The notes under the pieces: generated by a model | What the model saw: only the letters and a program-made list of their open reading frames with translations | Told to the model about the DNA's origin: nothing | Databases searched by the model: none | In this document: positions 16,722 to 26,886 of the stretch, one piece after another | Layout: each line of letters opens with the position of its first letter | How positions within the stretch are numbered: the stretch's first letter is position 1 | Program-made: the position numbers and the translations under genes | Origin: an uncultured archaeon | GTDB taxonomy: Archaea > Asgardarchaeota > Lokiarchaeia > Sigyniarchaeales > SOKP01 | Direction of reading: 5' to 3' | NCBI GenBank assembly: GCA_964486045.1 | Contig: CAZALK010000023.1 | Location: 1 to 38,130 of the forward strand | Length of the DNA stretch: 38,130 nt

Positions 16722-18665
16722 ATGTCTAATGAAAAAGATTCAGCAACTATGCAAGTATTAGAGCTGATTGGGTTAGCTCATGATGAAGTCAATACTTATT
16801 TTAGGATTACAGGAAGGGGACCCGTTATGATTGGTGAAATTGCACTTTTAGCTGAAGTTGAAGAGGAGAGAGCATTAGAAATCGCAGAAAATTTGTTTCA
16901 TAAGGGACTGATAAGGCAAATCCCGGGTAATGTACCAATCTATGAAGCTCTACCTCCATATGCAGCACTACTGGGACAAATTCATCAATTCAAAGAAACG
17001 ATAAAAACTTTTCAAGAAGAAACTCCTCGAAATATCCAAGAGCGATTTGATTCCCTCGAAACTCATTCAACGAAGCTTAAGAAGCTAGATGATTATCGTG
17101 CTTATATTCAGTTAATGAAAACGAAACTTCCAGAACAAATTAAATCGCAATTTGAGAGATTTGAAAAAGAACTTGAGCAAGTAAATAGGTTTCGGGATGT
17201 TAGAAGATTTATTCTTAATTTAAAAGAAATAGTTCCCGCGGAAGTCACTAAGGAATTTGGAATAATGGAAAGCCGTTTAGAGATTATGAAAACTGAGATT
17301 TCGAATAGATTTGAAAAACAGTTTAGAATCGGTGCTTTGAAAAGCATGGCTGAAAAAATAGTTTCTAGAGTAATTTCAGAGCAATTCAAGGATATAACAG
17401 TGATTTTTCGTGATAAATTCGTGCAAACTACGCAAAATATGTTAGATCAAGTAGTAGAACAATTAGGAAATATTACTGAGACTGCTGGGGAGATTAGTTC
17501 CGATCTGGGTACAGTATTTGCAGACATAGAGAGTGGAATAAAAACAACTTTAGAAGACTTAGAAAATAGGGTTTCAGGAGTCTATGATGAGATAATTACA
17601 GGCATACAAGAACTAAAGGATTTATTCAAAACCGAAATTTTCGAAACAATACAAAATGACATAATTAACAACATTATTACTCAACTTGATAGCTCAGAAT
17701 TAACAATGAATGAGTTTTGGGAACGATCTAAGGAAGTATCACTATTAAGTTTTAAGGATGTATGGTTTGTTAGAAGTCTTGAAGGCGTCAAAGCACAAAT
17801 CAACGAATCACTTACCCGTGTGAAAATGCGGGTTCATATCGTTGCACCAAAATTAGAAGATATAGATCTTCTAGCACTTTCAGGATTAAAAAAACACATC
17901 AATATTAGAATTTCAGTTAATTTTGACTTAAGTAATCCTGAAGATCAGATGCGATTCAAGCAAATTGAAGGATTACCAAATTTTGCAATACGACATTATG
18001 CTCGTGAAAACTTGTGGTCAATTAATAAAGATTTCGAAGAAGTCATTATATGTGCTGTTTCTAAAACAGATGATGGAGAATATGAAATAGCGGGTATGGG
18101 ATCTGTTCTCGAAGAACATGTAAAATTATTTGGAGCAGTTTTGGAAGATGTGTGGATTCAATCTAAGAAAATGGAGCAAGTGAAGATTCTACATGCAATA
18201 AAAAAGACTCATCAACCTGTTATACCTCCAGAGAAATTCACTCAAACTATGAAACCACAAATACCAAAAAAAACTGCTCCGACTCCTCCCGAACAACCTC
18301 CTGTTGTACCTAAAGCTATAATTCAACCAGATACAGTTATAAAAGCAGAATCCCCACGAGAAGTTCCAGAAATCAAAAGTGATGTAAGTATCTCTACAGC
18401 TGCGATAGGATCAACTGATGCTTCTCTTTCATCCCAAATTGATAATTTATTGAATAATATCGCAAGAATGGCTGGAGATGATATCGCTACTAAACTACAA
18501 AATTTACAAGATGATATCCTTGAGAAAAAAGGCTATAGTGCAATTCTAAGGCAAATTAGAATGAGTATTTCACCATTGAAATCTAATCCTAATTTATTAA
18601 ACGTTGCTGAAAAGCAAGAACTAATAAATAAAATAAAGTTTTGGAGGAGCAAATTAAAAATTTAG
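16722..18665 (+). CDS. TrmB-type HTH + long coiled coil + catalytically inactive PLD-like domain + Pro-rich linker + small helical C-terminal domain
   Basis: LELIGLAHDEVNTY..GPVMIGEIA..LFHKGLIRQIPG..YEALPP (TrmB HTH); ~270 aa of heptad-rich helix; VWFVRS.EGVKAQINESL..VKMRVHIVAP (TrmB/PLD-like, no HxK motif); PKKTAPTPPEQPPVVP linker. Confidence 0.75.
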   Translation: MSNEKDSATMQVLELIGLAHDEVNTYFRITGRGPVMIGEIALLAEVEEERALEIAENLFHKGLIRQIPGNVPIYEALPPYAALLGQIHQFKETIKTFQEETPRNIQERFDSLETHSTKLKKLDDYRAYIQLMKTKLPEQIKSQFERFEKELEQVNRFRDVRRFILNLKEIVPAEVTKEFGIMESRLEIMKTEISNRFEKQFRIGALKSMAEKIVSRVISEQFKDITVIFRDKFVQTTQNMLDQVVEQLGNITETAGEISSDLGTVFADIESGIKTTLEDLENRVSGVYDEIITGIQELKDLFKTEIFETIQNDIINNIITQLDSSELTMNEFWERSKEVSLLSFKDVWFVRSLEGVKAQINESLTRVKMRVHIVAPKLEDIDLLALSGLKKHINIRISVNFDLSNPEDQMRFKQIEGLPNFAIRHYARENLWSINKDFEEVIICAVSKTDDGEYEIAGMGSVLEEHVKLFGAVLEDVWIQSKKMEQVKILHAIKKTHQPVIPPEKFTQTMKPQIPKKTAPTPPEQPPVVPKAIIQPDTVIKAESPREVPEIKSDVSISTAAIGSTDASLSSQIDNLLNNIARMAGDDIATKLQNLQDDILEKKGYSAILRQIRMSISPLKSNPNLLNVAEKQELINKIKFWRSKLKI

Positions 18666-18704
18666 GGTAGTTTTCCCTATTCTCTTTCTTTAATTAGGCA
18701 TAAC

Positions 18705-19769
18705 TTAGAAAAGATATGGGTCTTCTATTCCCAGATATTTTTTTACAACTTTTAAAATCTCCTCTTTTTTGCCAACATATGTGAAGAGTCGGTGTTTAGC
18801 TTTTCCGTGGGAGGTATTATCTATCGTCTTAAAAGGACTTAATTGAAGTTCAATCTCCCCAAAGTTTAATAATGGTTTATCCGGTGATTCTGAATTATAC
18901 GATTGTACTACACCAATATCAGCCTCAGGATGATCTCTAGAAACATCAAAGCATTCAACTTGACTTTTTGGGATATCATCTGACAATTTTACAATGAACC
19001 CATATTCTTCGACATCAGGCAATTTAAGAACATAACCAATTTTGGCAGGTCGCTCAAAATCGATATCTTCAGGTCGAATTGCTAACTTATAAATATCCTC
19101 TACATCAATCTTAAATGACACATAATTTGGACCACTATTTATTCTCGCTTCAGGAATCGTCCGAAAATATGAAATGGGTTTTGCATTTACTTTTGTGGGT
19201 ATTAAAACAGTCCCCGGAGATTCATGACCTCCACTAATTACAGTTGCTATAGACCATCCATTTATCTTCATATAAGGTCTATGAAAAATACAATCATCAA
19301 GAACTTCAACTCCACAATAACTAACTCCAGTAGAATAAGGTTCGTCGATAAGTTTGAATTGCCGAGTGATTTCTCCTTGATATCCTTGTTTAGTTCTTTA
19401 ATTAATAAGAAAAATTCCACTAGAAACTGTGCAAGAACTTTTCGAACTTGCTAAAATTTCGTAATTCGCAGGATCAAGAGCTGGAGGACAAGTCCAATCT
19501 TCAAATGTTTCGGGTTTTTTATAAAAGTAATCTCTTTCTGGACTTATCCAATATCGATCTCCTCCAATTAGATGATTTCTTGCCTTTATAGCTTCCCTGA
19601 TGTTTGGATTTATCCAAAGTAAGTTATAACAATTATCCTTGGGAAATATACCTAACGGTCGACCGCCATATTCGGAAATTAGAATGAATTTTTCTCCTTT
19701 ATGCAGCTCTACGAGTCTTGTTAGGTCACCTATAGTTGAAATAAGCTTATTTTTTGTAATATAATCCAT
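18705..19769 (-). pseudogene. Single ~354-codon gene (galactose-mutarotase-like fold/DUF6786-like, tentative) interrupted by one in-frame TAA at 19398-19400
   Basis: ORFs 19398..19769 and 18705..19271 share a frame, and the gap reads open (N*RTKQGYQGEITRQFKLIDEPYSTGVSYCGVEVLDDCIFHRPYMK). Motifs: YGGRPLG, NLLWINP, GGDRYWISPE, FGEIELQLSP. Confidence 0.75.
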
Positions 19770-20031
19770 AATTAAATTCGAGTATTTGAAGGTTTTAAGA
19801 TTTTTTTATTATTAGGAATACTTTATTTAAGATTCTTCATGTTAAATTTGCTAGAAACCAAGAAATTAGGATTTTTCTAAATCCAAGGGAAATTAGAAAT
19901 TTAGATTTCAATCCTAATTTAAATATTCCCAATCTAATATAATCTAAGCAAACACTTTCGATTGACACTGTTTGTAACAATGGGGAGGGAATGATAAAAT
20001 AAATGGGAAAAGAAGTTATTTAAAAAAAACA

Positions 20032-20469
20032 ATGGTTGAAAATCAAAATAAAGTAAAAACCAAGCAATGCTCTAAATGTAAACAAAAATATCCTGCAACT
20101 ACTGAGTTTTTTTATAGAAAGCAAAAGAATCTATCCGGTTTTGATTCATGGTGTAAAGGATGTAAGAAATTATATGATATAGAGCATCATAAATTAAAGA
20201 ACTTTAATATGACTAATATTAAATTTAATACTTTACTTGAAAATCAAAATTATAGGTGTGGTATATGTGGAAGATTATTTGAAGATCTTTTCAAAAAGTA
20301 TACTGATAAAACAACAGTCCGGACACCAAGAATTGATCATGACCATAAAACGGGAAAAATAAGAGGGATTTTGTGCAATAGATGTAATATGTTATTAGGT
20401 AGAGCTGTTGATAATACATTCATTCTGATAAAAGCAATTAATTACTTAAATAAAAAGAAGAGAAGATGA
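20032..20469 (+). CDS. Endonuclease VII-like (His-Me finger) protein with an N-terminal Zn finger
   Basis: QNYRCGICG...RIDHDHKTGKIRGILCNRCNMLLG is the Endonuc_7 signature. N-terminal CSKC...FFY...CKGC. Confidence 0.9.
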   Translation: MVENQNKVKTKQCSKCKQKYPATTEFFYRKQKNLSGFDSWCKGCKKLYDIEHHKLKNFNMTNIKFNTLLENQNYRCGICGRLFEDLFKKYTDKTTVRTPRIDHDHKTGKIRGILCNRCNMLLGRAVDNTFILIKAINYLNKKKRR

Positions 20470-20515
20470 ATCAGAAATAAGGCTACCGTTCAATGAAGAA
20501 TCCTCAAATAATAAT

Positions 20516-20535
20516 CGTGAAATATCGATTTCACG
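20516..20535. terminator. 8-bp inverted repeat downstream of the endonuclease VII gene (possible terminator or operator)
   Basis: CGTGAAAT-ATCG-ATTTCACG. Confidence 0.3.
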
Positions 20536-20708
20536 CTCTAAAATATATACTAGGATATCACCCTTGTGATATGTAGGTATTATTCATCTATTCCAAGAAA
20601 ATTCAAAATACAACACAAGGGGTTATATTTTATATACATAACCATTTTATTATTGGTATACATCCTAAAACAGAATATTTTTAATTTAATATAATTAGAG
20701 GATACAGT

Positions 20709-21077
20709 ATGCCAAAAATAATACATTTTGAAGTAAGTGCAGATGATGTGTCAAGAGCAAAAGTCTTTTATGAAAAAGTTTTCAAGTGGAAAATTCAAAG
20801 TTGGGAAGGAAATCCGGAATATCATGTAATCGAAGCAGGAGAGGAAAGTGAAGCTGGAATAAATGGGGGATTACTAAAAAGAGAAGATCCTGAAGATCAA
20901 ATTTTAAATTATATTAGCGTTCCCTCGGTAGATGAGGCTAAAAAACAAATTGAAGAAAATGGGGGAACAATAGAGTCTCCGAGAATATCCGTCCCTGGAG
21001 TTGGCCATTTCTACATGTTTAAAGACACAGAAGGAAATAAACTTGGCGTTATGGAAGAAGATGAGAGTGCTAAGTAA
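20709..21077 (+). CDS. VOC (glyoxalase/bleomycin resistance) family protein
   Basis: IIHFEVSADDVSRAKVFYEKVFKW...GINGGL...VPSVDEA..NGG...FKDTEGNKLGVME. Confidence 0.93.
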   Translation: MPKIIHFEVSADDVSRAKVFYEKVFKWKIQSWEGNPEYHVIEAGEESEAGINGGLLKREDPEDQILNYISVPSVDEAKKQIEENGGTIESPRISVPGVGHFYMFKDTEGNKLGVMEEDESAK

Positions 21078-21152
21078 ATTCTTTCAAAAAATCTTTTTTT
21101 TTCGTTATTGATATGCTGAAATATGAATTACGAACTTGAAAATTTCTTTTAG

Positions 21153-21953
21153 TTAAAATTCATGAGTATCAGATATAAATCTTCCACCATCAACAACCAA
21201 ACTTTCACCGTTAATATAAGATGAATCATTACCTGCTAGAAATAAAGCAACATTCGCAATTTCATCAACGGTACATACTCTTTGTAAGGGATATGTCTTT
21301 GATATATCATTAACCCACTTTTCAATTTCCTCGGACGTACGGTCACCTTCAGAATTCGCAATCCTAACGAAGCCAGGACAAATAGAATTTGTACGGATTT
21401 GAGGAGAAAAGTCGATAGCTAGTGTTCGGGTCAAAGCATTAATTGCTGCCTTAGTTACAGGGTATACACAAAAATTCTTTAGCACTTTAAAAGCTGCACT
21501 TGATGAGATATTCACTATAGTTCCTCCTCCGCTTTTTATTATTAAAGGAATAGAGTATTTAGCAAATCTAAAGTACCCGTTCAAATTAACATCAATAACA
21601 TTATACCAATCCTCTTCAGGAGTATTAACGACATTCTGAAAGATTTTTCCTTCATACGAAGCTGCACAATTAACCAAAATATGCAATTTATTATACTTTT
21701 TCTGAGTAAGGTTTATAACATTTTTTACATCATTGGTTTTAGAGGCATCTGCCTTAATAAATATTCCTTCTCCACCGTTTTCAACAATCTTATCAATAGT
21801 TTTTTGGCCCATCTCTTCTAAAACATCAACGACTACGATTTTAGCACCTTCAGATGCGAATTTAAGCGCAATAGCACTCCCTATTGATGGTCCTCCATCT
21901 TTAAAACCTAGTGCTGCTCCCGTAACTAAAGCTATTTTATTTTTTAATTTCAT
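21153..21953 (-). CDS. Short-chain dehydrogenase/reductase (SDR)
   Basis: KIALVTGAA..IG, LVNCAA, GGGTIVNISS, YPVTK (YxxxK), IRTNSICPG, YINGESLVVDGG. Confidence 0.95.
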   Translation of the reverse strand: MKLKNKIALVTGAALGFKDGGPSIGSAIALKFASEGAKIVVVDVLEEMGQKTIDKIVENGGEGIFIKADASKTNDVKNVINLTQKKYNKLHILVNCAASYEGKIFQNVVNTPEEDWYNVIDVNLNGYFRFAKYSIPLIIKSGGGTIVNISSSAAFKVLKNFCVYPVTKAAINALTRTLAIDFSPQIRTNSICPGFVRIANSEGDRTSEEIEKWVNDISKTYPLQRVCTVDEIANVALFLAGNDSSYINGESLVVDGGRFISDTHEF

Positions 21954-22071
21954 ACTATGACTTAAAGCAGCAACATTAATAATTCAGTAGCATGAAAGTT
22001 TTCACATTTATATACCCAAAAATCAGTGAATTTGAAATCTTTATAACTTAAAATAGAAAAATTATAATTAA

Positions 22072-22635
22072 TTATTCAATGATTTCCGCAATCTCAACTA
22101 TCTCTATTTCCTCTAAAAATTCCTCAACTTTTACATCCTCATATTCAAGGTGCCTAATTTTCGTGAATAACCAGATAATACCTGGGTAAAGAATACCAAT
22201 AATTGCGCATATTAGAAGTAGGTTGACAATACCAAAAAGATTTGCTAAAGGACCAGAAATTAGCGCACCTATTGGAGCTATTGCCATAGAAATCATATGA
22301 TCCAATGACATTACTCTCCCTACTTTATCTTTTGGAACAGCAGATTGTAAAATGGCCAAATAAGTTGATACAGTCATAGGGAAAATCACCGCCCCAGGAA
22401 TTACCGAGATTATCATTAAAATAAAGTTTCCAGAAGGAGCTAAGATTGCAGGAATCTGCCCTATAAACACGATTGATGCACCTATTATATTTATTTTAAT
22501 TTTATGGGTTATATCTTTCTTAATCGACATAATAAGGGAGCCAGTAATGCTAGCAACGCTCACCGAAGTCATATAAATAGCTAGATTAAACGCAGTTCCC
22601 CCATGTGTATTTAATATATAGTAAGGTAGAAGCAC
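22072..22635 (-). pseudogene. C-terminal half of an MFS transporter (MefA/DHA3-like), 5'-truncated
   Basis: About five TM helices and LQSAVPKDKVGRVMSL..APIGALISGPLA. An in-frame TAA lies four codons upstream of the GTG, and there is no room for the N-terminal half. Confidence 0.8.
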
Positions 22636-22782
22636 GTATTCATGTTATGATAACGAACAAAAAAGTTTTGGATAATCAGTAATAGTATTTTGATACAAAG
22701 TACAACAAATTTTGATTTGTACACAAAATAAATCTAAATCTTTAGCATCACTAAGGACCTTCAAATGGGATAAAAGAAAGGA

Positions 22783-23239
22783 AATGGGCTATATAGGCTT
22801 AGTTTGTAAATATTTTATGAGGATGGCTGAAGTTGCCGCTCTGCGATCTACTTGCATTAAAAGAAAAGTTGGGACTGTTCTCGTAAAAGATGATCATATT
22901 TTATCAACTGGCTATAATGGTGCCCCATCGGGATTTACTCATTGCACTCCTGAAACTTGCCTGCGAAAATCAATATCTCCTGGAAAAAAACCGGAATTAT
23001 GCAGGGGTGTTCACGCTGAGATTAATTGTGTTATTCAAGCGGCGATTCATGGAACAGCTATAGAAGGGAATATTTCCCTTTATACTACAACTTTCCCTTG
23101 CATGAGTTGCTTAAAGTTATTAATCAACACAAGGGTTAAAAGGATTATCTACAAAGAAGATTATAATATGGAGAATAAGATTAAAAGCGATTTAATAAAA
23201 GATTCTGATTTAGAAATAATTAAAATTTCCATTAAATGA
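22783..23239 (+). CDS. dCMP deaminase (ComEB-like)
   Basis: YFMRMAEVAALRSTCIKRKVG..STGYNGAP..HAEINC..TTFPCMSC. Start uncertain (ATG 22783 or later). Confidence 0.92.
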
Positions 23240-23434
23240 AACCTCTTCAAATTTGTTTTTTAGATAATTTGCAATCGCTTTTCTTTCATATTCTGCCTCC
23301 TAAATTAATCTTGACTTCAATTTTCCATTAAATAGATATTGAGAAATTTATTGAACACATTCAAAAGATTTATTAATTCGATCCATTCTATCAATAGTAG
23401 ATAGTTTGATATTATCTTAAAGGAGGGTGATCAA

Positions 23435-23833
23435 ATGGATAGAAATGAAACATGGTTTGGAATAGTTTTAACTCAGAGACAAGCAACTAGTTTATTTGTG
23501 TTATCAATTGCGGGAACATTCATCACTTTTTTCATAGTTATGCAAATGTTAATGCCGATGCTTTACATGTTTGCAATTCCTTATTACCCGGGAAATATTA
23601 GTTATTTCTTTCAATCATTGCTTATGATGTCTCCAATTTATATTGCATGTATTATTGGTTTGATTCTCTGTATCTATACACTCAGAAAAAGCAGAAAAAT
23701 AGCAAAATCTTATTCAGAAAAAATGTTTTCAAATAGCCCCAAATCAAAAATGTCTATGTTTTGTCCCAATTGTGGGAATAAAAGAAGGGAAGAAGAGAAG
23801 TTTTGTAAACAATGCGGTCAGGAGTTAAGATAA
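23435..23833 (+). CDS. Two-TM membrane protein with a C-terminal zinc ribbon
   Basis: Two hydrophobic segments; FCPNCG...KFCKQCG; GGAGGGTGA RBS upstream. Confidence 0.85.
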   Translation: MDRNETWFGIVLTQRQATSLFVLSIAGTFITFFIVMQMLMPMLYMFAIPYYPGNISYFFQSLLMMSPIYIACIIGLILCIYTLRKSRKIAKSYSEKMFSNSPKSKMSMFCPNCGNKRREEEKFCKQCGQELR

Positions 23834-23876
23834 CAACAAAGAAAATTTTGAGTTTAAACTTAAAATTAAATAAAAA

Positions 23877-23900
23877 TCCTAGAAGTATTCACTTCTAGGA
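23877..23900. terminator. Perfect 10-bp hairpin
   Basis: TCCTAGAAGT-ATTC-ACTTCTAGGA, between the zinc-ribbon gene and the radical SAM remnant. Confidence 0.5.
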
Positions 23901-24410
23901 CATTTACTCAGTAGTTGGTTTAAAGGTATCGGTGATTCAATAAAACATGCTAATTCTAAGCAAATCATTGATTTAATTAAGAATAAATATCCAAATCAAA
24001 AAATTGGCATCTATCTAAATTGTGCACTATTTGAGGAAAAGTATATCCGCAAGGATTTTTATGGGTGTGATGTGGTTGCGATTAATTTGAATAGTTTGGA
24101 TATTAATAATTTTTCAAAAATCAATAAGTGTCCTGAATCTGTAAATCCATTGGATGTGCTTAAGGGAATTCAAGAGTTTAAGAATGAATTTTAGGGCAAG
24201 TTGGGTATATATACAATGTTCTTAAAGGGTGTGAATGATAAATTGGAAAATGTAGAAGATCTAAAAATTTTCTTATTGAAAGTTAGACCTGATTATTATT
24301 CTGTGAGTAATTACACTTTAAATGGTTATAGACCCGTTTCGAACAACTTTAAAAAAGAGGTCGAAAAGTCTTTGAAATATCTCCCCTTTAAAGTCAATTA
24401 CATGTTTTAA
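23901..24410 (+). pseudogene. Radical SAM (COG0731/Tyw1-like) remnant: 5'-truncated, with an in-frame TAG at 24192-24194
   Basis: Hand translation WFKGIGDS..IIDLIKNKYPNQKIGIYLNCALF..CDVVAINLNSLD..FSKINK..VLKGIQEFKNEF*GKLGIYTMFLKGVND..VRPD. No CxxxCxxC and no start codon. Confidence 0.7.
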
Positions 24411-24473
24411 GAAATAATTTTAAATAGCCTTTAAAGATTCATTATAAAGCTCAAAACTCTTAAAAATTATAGT

Positions 24474-25130
24474 TTATTCTTCTAAGACCTTTCTTTGTTT
24501 CAACCTTAGCTGTCTCCTTGGAAGCGACACCATGATTTGAAATTTTAATTCATTTCTGTATATATCGGCATTCCATAGAATCTCTTTAGTGATTTTTTCC
24601 TTGGTGATATTATCCTTTATATGGGTTCCATTAAACATGGGTAATTCTGAATACTTTATTATTAGATTTTTTACTAAATCCTCGGGTAACACATCAGATC
24701 TATCCTTAATTGCAATACTAATAGTCTCTTCTATATGCTCATAAATTTCTCTTTTACCAAACTGACAAAAAACACAATTTAAACTTCGATTTTTAAAAAT
24801 ATGTAATATAATTAATCCTGAAATGAATTTGAAATTGTGTATTAAAATCTTTTTACTTTTAGTAGGATAAGTATGATTATGCTCCTTTACATATTTCTCA
24901 GTGTTGTTGTATAGATTAGAAAAGTATTTTGCTCTTCCAAAATAAGCAGGAACTATACAAAATATCCGAGTAATCCAAAAAGGTTTTATCTCATTAGGCG
25001 GTTTTTCGTTAAAAATATAATTAACACTCCTTCCATCCTTTTCCTTAAATAAAATAGACTCCTTTATTAGTGCATTCAGATATGATGAAGTTTTGTTAAA
25101 AGTTATTTTTCTGATCTTCCCTTTGAAGTC
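24474..25130 (-). pseudogene. Startless 218-aa open frame, probably a 5'-truncated winged-helix-containing protein
   Basis: The frame of ORF 24474..24692 is open up to 25130 (TGA at 25131-25133): DFKGKIRKITFNKTSSYLNALIKESILFKEKDGRSVNYIF...CVFCQFG... Confidence 0.6.
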
Positions 25131-25146
25131 TCATTTAATTTTTAAG

Positions 25147-25752
25147 CTAAATTTTAACATCTATTTTTCTGAGTTCTGTTCTCAGATCAGTATCCTCCAA
25201 ATAGTGAATGGTTTTCATATTCAAAGAATGGGCTTGAAGCAAATTAGACTCTACATCATCGATATATACACATTGATCAGGGTTCAAATCATATTTTTCA
25301 AGTAATATTTGATAGATTTTAGCTTCTGGTTTAACATATTTTATTTCACTAGAAATTACCTTCCCATCTACCAGTGTAAAAAAATCATGGCGTTTTTGAA
25401 CGTAATCGAATGCTTCTTTAATAAAATTTGATAAGAAATATATTTTGTAATCATTAGACTTTAATTCTCGTAATATTTGTATATTTTGAGTAATGGGGGT
25501 TAGCATCTCTTTCCAATGGTTAAAAAAAATCAAAATCATATTACTTTCTTCAGTGTATCGTTTTAAATATTCATCCCGAGCATCCTGAAGAGATATAATT
25601 CCTCGATCTAACTTTATCCACAACTCCGTTTTTATCACATTATTGATAAATTCTTTTATGCGAAGATCATCATTAGTAAATCTCTTTAAAAACAGCTCAG
25701 GTTTAAAGTTTAATAAAACGTTCCCGATATCAAAAATTATATTTCTTATCAA
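25147..25752 (-). CDS. HAD family phosphatase (subfamily IA)
   Basis: IIFDIGNVLL, YFLSN, VKPEAKIY, CVYIDD. Confidence 0.93.
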   Translation of the reverse strand: MIRNIIFDIGNVLLNFKPELFLKRFTNDDLRIKEFINNVIKTELWIKLDRGIISLQDARDEYLKRYTEESNMILIFFNHWKEMLTPITQNIQILRELKSNDYKIYFLSNFIKEAFDYVQKRHDFFTLVDGKVISSEIKYVKPEAKIYQILLEKYDLNPDQCVYIDDVESNLLQAHSLNMKTIHYLEDTDLRTELRKIDVKI

Positions 25753-25876
25753 TATTGGTATGTGGAAATGACTTAATATTTAAAAAAGTAAAATTAGCGA
25801 TTGAACATAAAGATTTTTAAAATATAAAATAGGAAGAAAATATCCTTTTAAACGTTGAATCTAATCTTTTTTCTAT

Positions 25877-26689
25877 TCAAACTTCAAATTTGGTTAATAA
25901 ACTTTTTAAATCTTCAGCAAGGTTACCTAATTTATTTGCTGTTGAAGAAATCTCTTCCATTGAGGCAGTCTGCTGCTCAGTTGAACTACTTATTCCAGAT
26001 ATTGAGCTCCAAGATGAACTAATCATAGTTATAATTTCTCCAACTTTTGTTCTTGTAGAGTTCACCCCATTTTTTGTTTCTTCTGCCAATTTTCTGACTT
26101 CATCCGCAACAACTGCGAAACCTCTCCCCCATTCACCAGCTCTTCCTGCTTCGATGCTGGCATTTAAAGCTAGTAAATTAACTCTCTCAGATACATTAGT
26201 GATTAGGTTAATAATTTCTTGAATCTCATTTGAAGACTGCATTATCTGTCTACTCTCCTCAGCAACACCTTGAGTTGTTAAAGCGATTTCTTCGGTAGCA
26301 GCATTTACTTCACTAGCACCAGCAGCTAATTCAGTAGCGATATTAGCAATATGAATCGAACTCTCTGAAGACTTGTTTATAACTTCTGTCAAACTCTCTC
26401 TTGCTGTCGTTATGATCCTTAAAGCATAAATTATCAGTAAAATTGTTACCAATACACCAATCGGATAAAATATAGCCATTGTAATCCACGAATTATCAAA
26501 AGTTCCAGCCTGAAGACAGGCAATAACTGCAATAAAAACGACAGTAGAAATTATTATTACTGATATTTTAAATTGTAAATTTCTTCTATCCTTTCCTGTA
26601 CGAACATAAAAAAGAGCTGTAAGTATAAACCAACATCCTATAAGAAAAAGAAAGTTGTAATTATTATCATAATTAGCTTGTAATAGCAT
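25877..26689 (-). CDS. Methyl-accepting chemotaxis-like protein with a short signalling hairpin
   Basis: Three N-terminal TM segments; [33 protein letters not shown]. Confidence 0.93.
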   Translation of the reverse strand: MLLQANYDNNYNFLFLIGCWFILTALFYVRTGKDRRNLQFKISVIIISTVVFIAVIACLQAGTFDNSWITMAIFYPIGVLVTILLIIYALRIITTARESLTEVINKSSESSIHIANIATELAAGASEVNAATEEIALTTQGVAEESRQIMQSSNEIQEIINLITNVSERVNLLALNASIEAGRAGEWGRGFAVVADEVRKLAEETKNGVNSTRTKVGEIITMISSSWSSISGISSSTEQQTASMEEISSTANKLGNLAEDLKSLLTKFEV

Positions 26690-26740
26690 CTGTCTTTCAC
26701 ATGTAATATTTAATGTAATAATGGTGTTTCTTTATAAAAA

Positions 26741-26766
26741 TGTGCATTTATAAAGGACGATGCACA
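26741..26766. promoter_or_regulatory. Inverted repeat bracketing a TATA-like box in the divergent MCP/SH3 intergenic region
   Basis: TGTGCAT-N12-ATGCACA overlapping TTTATAAA (26747-26754). Confidence 0.4.
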
Positions 26767-26886
26767 CTTTTTTTCAAATTTACATAAATAGTAATAGATT
26801 TTATTTTTAAAGGTTTTTAATTCTTGATTTGTTTGTTATTAAGCAATAGAAATATTATTAGATCTAAAATTATCTTATTTAGAAAA

